Positions 17,539-25,120 of a stretch of 64,000 nucleotides of DNA are shown here, piece after piece. The position numbers were made by a program, and so were the translations under genes. The stretch spans positions 1,120,001 to 1,184,000 of the forward strand of contig CBDCFN010000016.1 of the NCBI GenBank assembly GCA_965216315.1, given 5' to 3'. How positions within the stretch are numbered: position 1 is the first letter of the stretch; each line of letters opens with the position of its first letter. The DNA is from a bacterium (GTDB lineage: Bacteria; UBA10199; 2-02-FULL-50-16; JAJFLM01). Below the pieces are notes generated by a model. The model searched no databases, was not told where the DNA came from, and saw nothing but the letters and a program-made list of their open reading frames with translations.

Positions 17539-20268
17539 ATGGCAAAGCTTACTTGTCAGGGCCTCGCCCTGTTGTGTGTTTCCCTTACCTTGATTCTCAC
17601 TTCCTGCCTTAAACCCGCGAATGACAATGATAATAATAAGCCCATTATAAGCGAATCAGCGGACGGTGATCTTGGGGTCGAGGTGAGCGGTCTTCCCGAG
17701 TCGGGTGCGATTGATGTCGATCCTGTGGTTGGAGATGAAGGTGAGGCGAGTAGCCCTCAGGCGACGGTTGTTGAACCTCCCTGCGAATGGCCCGCCGAAG
17801 AGATTTCCTTTGCCGGAAACGCCCCGGTTTACAAGAGTAATGCGGTCGATGAAACCGCTCAGGATCTCTCCACGCAGCTGAGTTGGAACATCACCACCGG
17901 ATGCGCTCCGGATAAAGTTATTATTACAACCCCTCATGGGACGTCCGAGTATGCGGGGGCGCGTGCGCAGAGCTGGAGTAAGGATATCCCCAAACTTGAG
18001 GAGACGACGAGCTATACGCTGGTTATCATTCACAAGAACGAAGTCGTGCATGAAGAATCAGTTGAGATTCCCTTGGTTGTTATGGAGGATAACTTTCAAG
18101 TTTCAGTTACGGCTGTCAACAAGGTAACCGGCAGTCAACATATGAGTTGGACGCCCCAGCAAAATTACCAAGATCCACGCACTTATAAAGTCAGCTATTC
18201 TTTTAGCGCCGAGCTCGATAAGGTCTGTATCCGTTCGCCTCACGGGACGGCGCCGTCGCGCTTTCAGCAGAATAGAAATCTTCGGCCGCAACAACGTCAA
18301 TTGGATCGTCATGATTTCGAGCTCCAGGAAGCGATTATTCAGAATCGCCTGAGCCGCTGGATAGGCGATGCTCTGATTGGCGTTGCTCATGCCGCTCCGC
18401 TCCAAGTTGATCCTCTCTATGCGGCGGTCGTTTGGGTCGATGGAGCGCCCAAGGCACCGACAGTATCGGGATATGAGGAGTGTTTCGGCAAGGATGACTC
18501 CGTGCTCGATGCCCAGGGAAAGAATTACGAGGGTGAGTTCGAATTTGAATTGAATGGCAGTACGGCGATTGAATCCTACGGCATGCTCAATGGCGTCAAA
18601 ATATTTGAAAAGTCAACGCCGCTCAACGTGACGATTGTTAAGCCGTCTTCCGACTTTGCAGCGAAACGCGCGATCCCCGGTGTCGGTGCCAAACACTATG
18701 ATCTCGTCGAGAATGGACTGAGCTCGGTCATCGAATTTAAAGTCGAATTTAGTGATAGCGTGCAGGCCGCGCTCGTAACCGACGTGGCAACGAAGCTGTA
18801 TTCCGAGTCGACTTGGACGGCGAGTGACACGAATATGCAAATCATCAATGGGACCCAGGCCGGTACGTTGCCGGCGGCGAAGTCTGCGGTGTGCGATATC
18901 GATCCCGATGCGGCGTCAACCTCGTCCACAATCAAACCATGCACGGACGCCGGCTTTACAGCCAACTTTATCGATAAAATAAAGACGACTTATCCTAATC
19001 GTCACATGAATGTTTTCAAATTCAATGTTCATGATCTCGCCGAAAGTTACTATTATGCCAAGGCCTCCCAGTTTAAGACCAAGTCTGCCCTGGTCGGTGT
19101 TGGCTATGAAGATTATTTGCAGCAGAGCGAAACGGAAGCGACAGAAATCCCTGAGCCGGGCATTCGCTTTACTCCCACGGCCGAGTACAGCAGTGATTAT
19201 GTTGGAGTCAATAATTTCTGTTCCAATGGTTTTAAGAATACCCTTTTTGCGGGAGCGCAATCCGCAATATTGGCCGGTGAGACGCGCGGCGTTAAATCGA
19301 TGGAAATCCGGCAGACCGGTTGCGATTCCAATCAGGGTAGCACGGATGTTCATCCCTACTATGGTGAACCCGGAGTGATCAATTTTAATTCTAAATGTTT
19401 CTATGACGGGATGAATCCAGGTTACACCGTGACGACAGAAGATCTCCTTGGGAATGAAACGAATACGACCTGCAAATTTAACGTGACGATGTGGGACATC
19501 AAACTGCAGCTGACCAGCAAAACCGATAACCTGCTAGAAGATCGCTATGGCTTTAAGCTTGAAAAAATCGAGCAACCGGGCCCGGATCCGATCAAAGAGC
19601 TTAAAGTTGTCAAAGTTGACAGCCATTGTGGTGGGGCCTTTCTGAATACGGCTGTCAATGTCGAGGATGATCGCGATTACGAGCGTACTTTTGATGTAAC
19701 GAACCAAGGGGTTGATTGTTGGAAGATTGCCGTCCAGGCAAAGACTTACGACGGTTGGAAGTATGTCACTTGGACGACGCATAGCCAGCAGGTCAAAAAT
19801 ACCGGCTACCAATGGCATTCAAAAAGCATTAGCAAAAATACCCGTGGCAATAATGAAACGGCTTTTTTCCCGCCGCGTATGCATATCGATAAGTGGCAAC
19901 GGACATCGAGTCAGTGTTGGAGCACATTTACGTATATTGGTGCTTGCAGCATAGCGTGCACTATCTGGAATGAGAAGATTGATAAGTACGAAGCCGATTA
20001 CAAGCTGAGTGGACGCCATATCGACCGTTTGGAAGTGACCTGCAATCGCGGCTCACTAAGCGGCGTGAGTGTCAGCGGAAGCGACCGAGAGCGCTTTGTG
20101 GATAAGGCTCTCAGCTATAGTTCCAATGCTAACTCGGATGTGCGTACGAAGATTAAATATGATTGTGAAGTGACGGCCACGGGGGTCGGTGATCAGCCTA
20201 AATTAACCCGGTCGTTTGCCCGGTGGGCCAAAGCTGAAGGGAATTCGTGTACGATGGGGAATCAATAA
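17539..20268 (+). CDS. Large Cys-rich lipoprotein, paralog 3
   Basis: ATG 17539 after GGAG; lipobox LTSC; shares CIRSPH, KRAIPGVGAK and KLYSESTWTAS with paralogs 1 and 2. Confidence 0.8.
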   Translation: MAKLTCQGLALLCVSLTLILTSCLKPANDNDNNKPIISESADGDLGVEVSGLPESGAIDVDPVVGDEGEASSPQATVVEPPCEWPAEEISFAGNAPVYKSNAVDETAQDLSTQLSWNITTGCAPDKVIITTPHGTSEYAGARAQSWSKDIPKLEETTSYTLVIIHKNEVVHEESVEIPLVVMEDNFQVSVTAVNKVTGSQHMSWTPQQNYQDPRTYKVSYSFSAELDKVCIRSPHGTAPSRFQQNRNLRPQQRQLDRHDFELQEAIIQNRLSRWIGDALIGVAHAAPLQVDPLYAAVVWVDGAPKAPTVSGYEECFGKDDSVLDAQGKNYEGEFEFELNGSTAIESYGMLNGVKIFEKSTPLNVTIVKPSSDFAAKRAIPGVGAKHYDLVENGLSSVIEFKVEFSDSVQAALVTDVATKLYSESTWTASDTNMQIINGTQAGTLPAAKSAVCDIDPDAASTSSTIKPCTDAGFTANFIDKIKTTYPNRHMNVFKFNVHDLAESYYYAKASQFKTKSALVGVGYEDYLQQSETEATEIPEPGIRFTPTAEYSSDYVGVNNFCSNGFKNTLFAGAQSAILAGETRGVKSMEIRQTGCDSNQGSTDVHPYYGEPGVINFNSKCFYDGMNPGYTVTTEDLLGNETNTTCKFNVTMWDIKLQLTSKTDNLLEDRYGFKLEKIEQPGPDPIKELKVVKVDSHCGGAFLNTAVNVEDDRDYERTFDVTNQGVDCWKIAVQAKTYDGWKYVTWTTHSQQVKNTGYQWHSKSISKNTRGNNETAFFPPRMHIDKWQRTSSQCWSTFTYIGACSIACTIWNEKIDKYEADYKLSGRHIDRLEVTCNRGSLSGVSVSGSDRERFVDKALSYSSNANSDVRTKIKYDCEVTATGVGDQPKLTRSFARWAKAEGNSCTMGNQ

Positions 20269-20290
20269 GCGACCGCGCTACGGTCATTAG

Positions 20291-20318
20291 CAACTCCAGC
20301 GGACCCATTGACCGATAA
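20291..20318 (+). promoter_or_regulatory. Putative sigma28-like promoter CAAC-N17-CCGATAA (paralog 4)
   Basis: GCAACTCC...ACCGATAA. Confidence 0.55.
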
Positions 20319-20439
20319 GGGAATGGGTGCGAAATTTTCTACTCGTAAGTTGCATTTAACACCCGATTTGCGTCCTTGATTTCATCATAGAATATCAAAG
20401 GAGGCTATGTAATAATATTCAGGATACTCGGGAGGTTGT

Positions 20440-23190
20440 GTGACGTCGCTACGCTTTTTTATCTTATTATCCCTCATTATGGGCCTTACGGCCTGCTCCG
20501 GTGCGAAAAAATCGGAGGTAAACGATCCGGGGGTGACCGTCAGTCCGGGCGTCGATATTGTCACTCCTGATTCCACGGAAAGTGAGGAGGCGGAAGAAGA
20601 ACCTGCCATCCAACCCGATGCGCCTGCCGCGATTGACCCCGATGAATTTAAGAATGCGATGTTGGTTGCGGACCCCGCCACGGTCTATGTCGGGCAAGGA
20701 GAGGAAGTCAAAAAGACCGGTGGCTCGACGACGCTCAAATGGGGCATTGAGGGTGAATTTGATAAGATCGCCTTCGTGCGTAAGGCGGATCAATCGATTA
20801 TTTTCGAGACGACCCAGGGTTCTTCCGAGAAAGAAACCGGCCTGCTTTATGAAACGACGACGGCCGTCATGAAGGTTAAAAAACAAGGCCAGTGGTTGGA
20901 TGGTCCTGAAGTCGTGATTGAGGTGGAGAAGGTCTCTGACCTCTATCCATTGAACGTTGTTGTGACCCCCTATCCGGGCCGCCTGCCGCCGGGACAGGAT
21001 ACCCGCAAAATGGAAGCGGCTTTTATGGTCGCCAATAATTTTTACGATAAGATCTGTATCAAGGTCGGTTCCCTGAGCAAGCATCAGCCGCCGAATGGCG
21101 GCAAGTTGACGATGTCTTTGATCGGCTTTCAAGTCGTGGTACCGACGGAGCCGTTGTTAGAAGATATCACCAAGTGTTTTGACAAGCCGGCGGACCCGGA
21201 CCAGCCTTTCGTCGGTTCGGTCGAGTTTACGCCCGAGCCGCTGGACGCGGACAAGACGCAAAAAATGGTGCCGGTGCATATCTGGGGGTTTAAGGGCGAA
21301 AAGAAATACTATCAGAATGTCTCGTACGGAGTACTCAGACGGGTGCCGCCCTCGGTCGATCTGCGCGTTGCGCGCACGGTGCCGGGAGGGGACGCGGAGC
21401 TCAAAGATCTTTTTCTGACGGGCTTTACCAACGTGCTTGAAATGCACGTCGAGGCCCAATATCTGCAGGATCTCTACATTGTGACTAATGCGGCGGATAA
21501 ACTGTACAACGAGGCCTATATTCAGGCGGACCCGGTCCATCCGCCCAAGCGAAAAAACGTCAATCCTATTCTCAACGAACACTGTCAGGTCTCTTTGCAA
21601 AAACCGGGCGGCGAGCTTGGTAAAGTCACTAACGCCGGCAATCAGTGTCCCGCTGTCGTCAAGACCGTCTTGGGTCAGCGTATCAAGGGCTATGAAGGTC
21701 TATTCTCCGTGTTTAAAATCAGTAAAGGCGGGGCTGGCGGCGTGATGATGAGCCAAGGGGGTGTCAGCGGCTTGAAGGCGAATACGCAGCCGCAGCAGCA
21801 ACAAGCGGATACGCCGAGCCCGACGCAACTGGCCCTCAACGCGCAAGGGAGTCTGGCTCCGGTCAGGCTCTACGTACCGGCGACGCGTGATTTTAATACC
21901 TTTGTCATGGTCTTAGGCATTGCGGCCGACGATAAGAAGGTCGCTGAGGCGGTGCACGAGGCCCTGCCGACGCCGGACTGGGAAGAGTTGCTCTCGATCC
22001 CCGACGCCGAATGGATGGAGAAGTTTCAGAATCAGGCTCCTTTCGTCGAGTTTAACGTGCTCAACGTCGGCCGAGTCGATAAGGCCAAGGCCGAACACCT
22101 CAACCCCGACAGCTGTTCGGGTGAGCTGGAAGTGAAAACGCCGGCTAACATGAAGAATGCGGTCCGCTTCACTTTGCGTTGTACGGTTACCGGTGACAAG
22201 GAACTTGGCTGGAAGGTGACCGTTCCGACCATATTGGGTGGCGACAAGAAGCAGACGAAGATTATTCGCTATTCGATGCGTGATTGGCGTTTCAAGATCA
22301 AGCTGAAGGAAATCGTCAAACAGGACGGTGCTCCCAAGGGCTTTGATCAGATCACTTGGGAGGTCAAGGCGGATCCGCCGCCTGGAGCGATTGGCGGCGC
22401 GGGCCCGGGCCCGAATCCCTTTGAGAAGATCAGAATGGTTCCCTATCGAATCAGGGAGTACGATACCAATGACCGCTTTTGTACGGGCTGGGATGACGAG
22501 GGTTACAAATTTACCGAGGCCGGTGAGTCGCGACTCTTTACGTTTAAAAATTATGGCTTGAATTGCCATAGCTTTAAGTTGCAAGGGCGCCGCATTGGCA
22601 AGGCGGAGTGGGAGGACTTTCCCGCCAAAGAAGTGTCGAAGGAGTTGCACAAATATGTCACGGAAGGGCCGGGCTCCCTTCACAATTCGACGATAGAGGC
22701 GCGCCCGGCACCGAGCCTTACCTGGAAGGAAGAATCGGTTAATTGTGAGTGGGAAGAAGTTTGCGACGAAGATGATTGTGATAAGTATATGCATGCCTGC
22801 TGGGGGTGTTTCGGGGGGCCCTTGGCATGCGCGATCGCGTGTGGGATAGGTGTTAAAAAGCGCAACGATTGCCGGGACAACATTGAATGTCATCAGGAGC
22901 TTATCGGTGAGCGCAAGGTCAAGATTGAGGCGGAACACATCCAGACGATGAATGTTCTCGCTTTGGAGTCTCCCGACGATCACGATGATATCCAGCATGG
23001 CGGCAGTGACTACTGTGATCTGCTCAATCGAGAGCTCGACGACTATTTGGAGAAGATGGAGTATGTCAAAGACGAATTCTCTCACCCCGCGTTCGAGGAA
23101 GAGTTTGCCTGTAAGCTCTATTTGCGGGGGGCCGGCGGCCATCCCTCGGTTGAGACGGTTGTCTCGTCCGGCAAATGCACTCCAAACTAG
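20440..23190 (+). CDS. Large Cys-rich lipoprotein, paralog 4 (most divergent)
   Basis: GTG after GGAGG; lipobox LTAC; ADPATV..G.STTLKW Ig/PKD-like pattern; homologous motifs DKICIK/KCFD, ARTVPG, ADKLYNE, GPGPNP, GLNC. Confidence 0.78.
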   Translation: MTSLRFFILLSLIMGLTACSGAKKSEVNDPGVTVSPGVDIVTPDSTESEEAEEEPAIQPDAPAAIDPDEFKNAMLVADPATVYVGQGEEVKKTGGSTTLKWGIEGEFDKIAFVRKADQSIIFETTQGSSEKETGLLYETTTAVMKVKKQGQWLDGPEVVIEVEKVSDLYPLNVVVTPYPGRLPPGQDTRKMEAAFMVANNFYDKICIKVGSLSKHQPPNGGKLTMSLIGFQVVVPTEPLLEDITKCFDKPADPDQPFVGSVEFTPEPLDADKTQKMVPVHIWGFKGEKKYYQNVSYGVLRRVPPSVDLRVARTVPGGDAELKDLFLTGFTNVLEMHVEAQYLQDLYIVTNAADKLYNEAYIQADPVHPPKRKNVNPILNEHCQVSLQKPGGELGKVTNAGNQCPAVVKTVLGQRIKGYEGLFSVFKISKGGAGGVMMSQGGVSGLKANTQPQQQQADTPSPTQLALNAQGSLAPVRLYVPATRDFNTFVMVLGIAADDKKVAEAVHEALPTPDWEELLSIPDAEWMEKFQNQAPFVEFNVLNVGRVDKAKAEHLNPDSCSGELEVKTPANMKNAVRFTLRCTVTGDKELGWKVTVPTILGGDKKQTKIIRYSMRDWRFKIKLKEIVKQDGAPKGFDQITWEVKADPPPGAIGGAGPGPNPFEKIRMVPYRIREYDTNDRFCTGWDDEGYKFTEAGESRLFTFKNYGLNCHSFKLQGRRIGKAEWEDFPAKEVSKELHKYVTEGPGSLHNSTIEARPAPSLTWKEESVNCEWEEVCDEDDCDKYMHACWGCFGGPLACAIACGIGVKKRNDCRDNIECHQELIGERKVKIEAEHIQTMNVLALESPDDHDDIQHGGSDYCDLLNRELDDYLEKMEYVKDEFSHPAFEEEFACKLYLRGAGGHPSVETVVSSGKCTPN

Positions 23191-23207
23191 GGGTGCCTTA
23201 TATTTAG

Positions 23208-23233
23208 CAACATATTGGCGATGAGGCCGATAA
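23208..23233 (+). promoter_or_regulatory. Putative sigma28-like promoter CAACATAT-N10-GCCGATAA
   Basis: Perfect FliA-type -10 GCCGATAA at 23226-23233, with GCAA 15 nt upstream. Confidence 0.65.
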
Positions 23234-23284
23234 TTTGAAATCGGGGCCCGAATAGCGTGCTTGGCTATTTTTAGGAGGGCCCCT

Positions 23285-24811
23285 TTGCCTGCACCGATAG
23301 ACAATTCCCCGTCATTGCAAACTTGGGCGGAACTGGGCCTGGAGGCGAGTCCGGAAGGCTTCATGCAGGAGCACTATGCCTTCACGGTCTGGCCTCAACT
23401 GAGATTCTCTTCATGGCAGCCAGGTCATGACAGCCTCGGACTCTTTGAGCCAAATCTTAGGGCCTCAACTTTCTTCAGTCCATTTTCCGATTACAAGGTG
23501 AGTCTGCGCGGCCACATCGCGAGTGAGGTCCCCTGGTCGGATCCCTATCTGCACATGGAATGGGAAAGTTATCTGGAGGCCGCGGGCGTGACAATTGAGC
23601 GGGATGGCCCTTGGACGCGCTATTTTTACAAGGGGCATATCTTGATGGAGGCCCGGCGAACGGCGTCGGGCCGCAAGTATAGAGTCTATGACACCGCGGG
23701 AGGTCTGCGCGGACAGAAAACGATTGCGATTGAGAAGCCTCCGACGGTGTACGTGTCCGCCCCTGAAAATAAGGATTCATCGACCTGGCGCGTCCAAGTT
23801 TACGGGCGCGAAATTCCGGTTGAGATACCCGAGTCGAATGAGTTGACTCGCCAAGAGCGCGTCGGCGTTCTCATGCGTATCGGGAAGCGCTTGCAGAGCA
23901 TCCCCGAATCACTCCTGGCTCCGCTCCTCGACGGAGCCGGCCGGGAAAAGCCACTTAAAATGAGGGTCGGGACGGTAGATGAGGGTTCAGAGTTGGGTTG
24001 GATCCCAGACGGTCGACGGGATAATGGCAACTATAAAGGGCTGCACAACATCATCTTTTTATCGACTTGGAGGCACCATACTCTCTATCATGAGATCGCC
24101 CACGCCATCGATGATTACGATGTCCCGGATTCAAACTCAACCTATATCTCTGAAAGTTCCCGGAGTGTCATCAGTGAATACTATACCTGGCGCCTGAGCC
24201 AAATCTTTTTATCAAGCGAGTTGGTCGACTACGAAAAATTGATTTCTCGTGATACCGAAGACGATCTCGTCTCATTTCGAAACAGGTCTCGATTTCACTT
24301 TGTCAGTGTCTACGCGGCCGAAGGCAGTCAAGGTGTCTGGAGCCAGATGGATTGGCCGGTCGAATTTCATGCCGAAGGGATGCGAATCTTCTTACAGGCT
24401 CTCAATGGCCAAGTTAGTTGGCGAGATTACGAATCTCGCGAACCGTATTTACGCCTCATCGGACTTGCCTATCTTTTTAAAGAATATAGTGTCGCGAACA
24501 TCGGGACAGTTAAGGCCGATGCCGTCTATTCTAAAGAGAGCTTCCAGGCGGTCTTAGGTGTCGATCTCGATGCAAGCCCACGCATTCGGTCTACATTTGA
24601 TGAGGCCTATACGGACTACGATGCGCGGATTAGCCGCGATCCAAATGATGCGTTTGCCTTATATAATCGCGGGGCGACCCATTACCGTGAGGGCCGAATC
24701 GTTGAGGCCTATGAGGATATTCAGCGTGCCCATCAGCTTGACTCGCAATTTGAAGCGCCTTGGTGGTTGAAGTGGCAACGCGATAATCTTACAGCTCATT
24801 GGCCGTTTTGA
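23285..24811 (+). CDS. Putative zinc metalloprotease (HExxH, lethal-factor/PPEP-like) with C-terminal TPR, no signal peptide
   Basis: LYHEIAHAID (HExxH at 24089-24103), downstream YA...EFHAE, TPR DPNDAFALYNRGATHYREGRIVEAYEDIQRA; AGGAGG 23273-23278 favours the in-frame TTG at 23285. Confidence 0.65.
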   Translation: MPAPIDNSPSLQTWAELGLEASPEGFMQEHYAFTVWPQLRFSSWQPGHDSLGLFEPNLRASTFFSPFSDYKVSLRGHIASEVPWSDPYLHMEWESYLEAAGVTIERDGPWTRYFYKGHILMEARRTASGRKYRVYDTAGGLRGQKTIAIEKPPTVYVSAPENKDSSTWRVQVYGREIPVEIPESNELTRQERVGVLMRIGKRLQSIPESLLAPLLDGAGREKPLKMRVGTVDEGSELGWIPDGRRDNGNYKGLHNIIFLSTWRHHTLYHEIAHAIDDYDVPDSNSTYISESSRSVISEYYTWRLSQIFLSSELVDYEKLISRDTEDDLVSFRNRSRFHFVSVYAAEGSQGVWSQMDWPVEFHAEGMRIFLQALNGQVSWRDYESREPYLRLIGLAYLFKEYSVANIGTVKADAVYSKESFQAVLGVDLDASPRIRSTFDEAYTDYDARISRDPNDAFALYNRGATHYREGRIVEAYEDIQRAHQLDSQFEAPWWLKWQRDNLTAHWPF

Positions 24812-24821
24812 TATAAAATAC

Positions 24822-24860
24822 TGTTACTGCGAGTCGGCTAAAAGCCGACGTGGCAATCTC
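24822..24860 (+). repeat. Half of a REP/RPE-like palindromic element
   Basis: TGTTACTGCGA-GTCGGCT-AAA-AGCCGAC-GTGGCAATCTC resembles the widespread GTCATTGCGAG...CGTGGCAATCTC element and contains a 7-bp hairpin. Confidence 0.55.
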
Positions 24861-25013
24861 ACGAGTGTAAGCGGGCGATGACACTCCAGGTTATGACATT
24901 AGTTGAAATGTTCTAGGATTTCGGTCTCTTGCGCTTCGGCGGCTTAACTCCAAGGAAATATGCAAGTGATATGATATGCTGCGCACGTTGTTGTGTCCTT
25001 TCGGAAATTTGCC

Positions 25014-25041
25014 TTGCAGTTTTTGCCTTCCCTGCTATAAA
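25014..25041 (+). promoter_or_regulatory. Putative sigma70 promoter of the lysS operon
   Basis: TTGCAG-N16-TATAAA with extended TG. Confidence 0.45.
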
Positions 25042-25120
25042 GCGAAGTTCAGTTTTCGTAAATAATTCAGTTATTTAAGGGATTTATGGGGTCAGCCATC
25101 GCGCCTCTCTATCAGCTGTT

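Noticed and set aside
20398..20415. AAGGAGG-CT-ATG-TAA-TAA start-stop mini-ORF upstream of paralog 4
   Set aside because: SD-to-ATG spacing of 2 nt is too short for efficient initiation, and there is no equivalent before the other paralogs
11647..23190. Diversity-generating retroelement acting on the variable C-termini
   Set aside because: No reverse transcriptase, and no template/variable repeat pair differing only at adenines; tip differences are large indels
11647..23190. Calling the paralogs fusexins/HAP2 or pore-forming toxins
   Set aside because: Only a loose analogy (Cys-rich, beta-rich, hydrophobic loop); no family motif recognised and no C-terminal TM; needs a structure search
21913..23364. 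483-aa minus-strand ORF
   Set aside because: Lies antisense to paralog 4 and crosses into the next gene; no recognisable motifs; best explained as a codon-bias shadow
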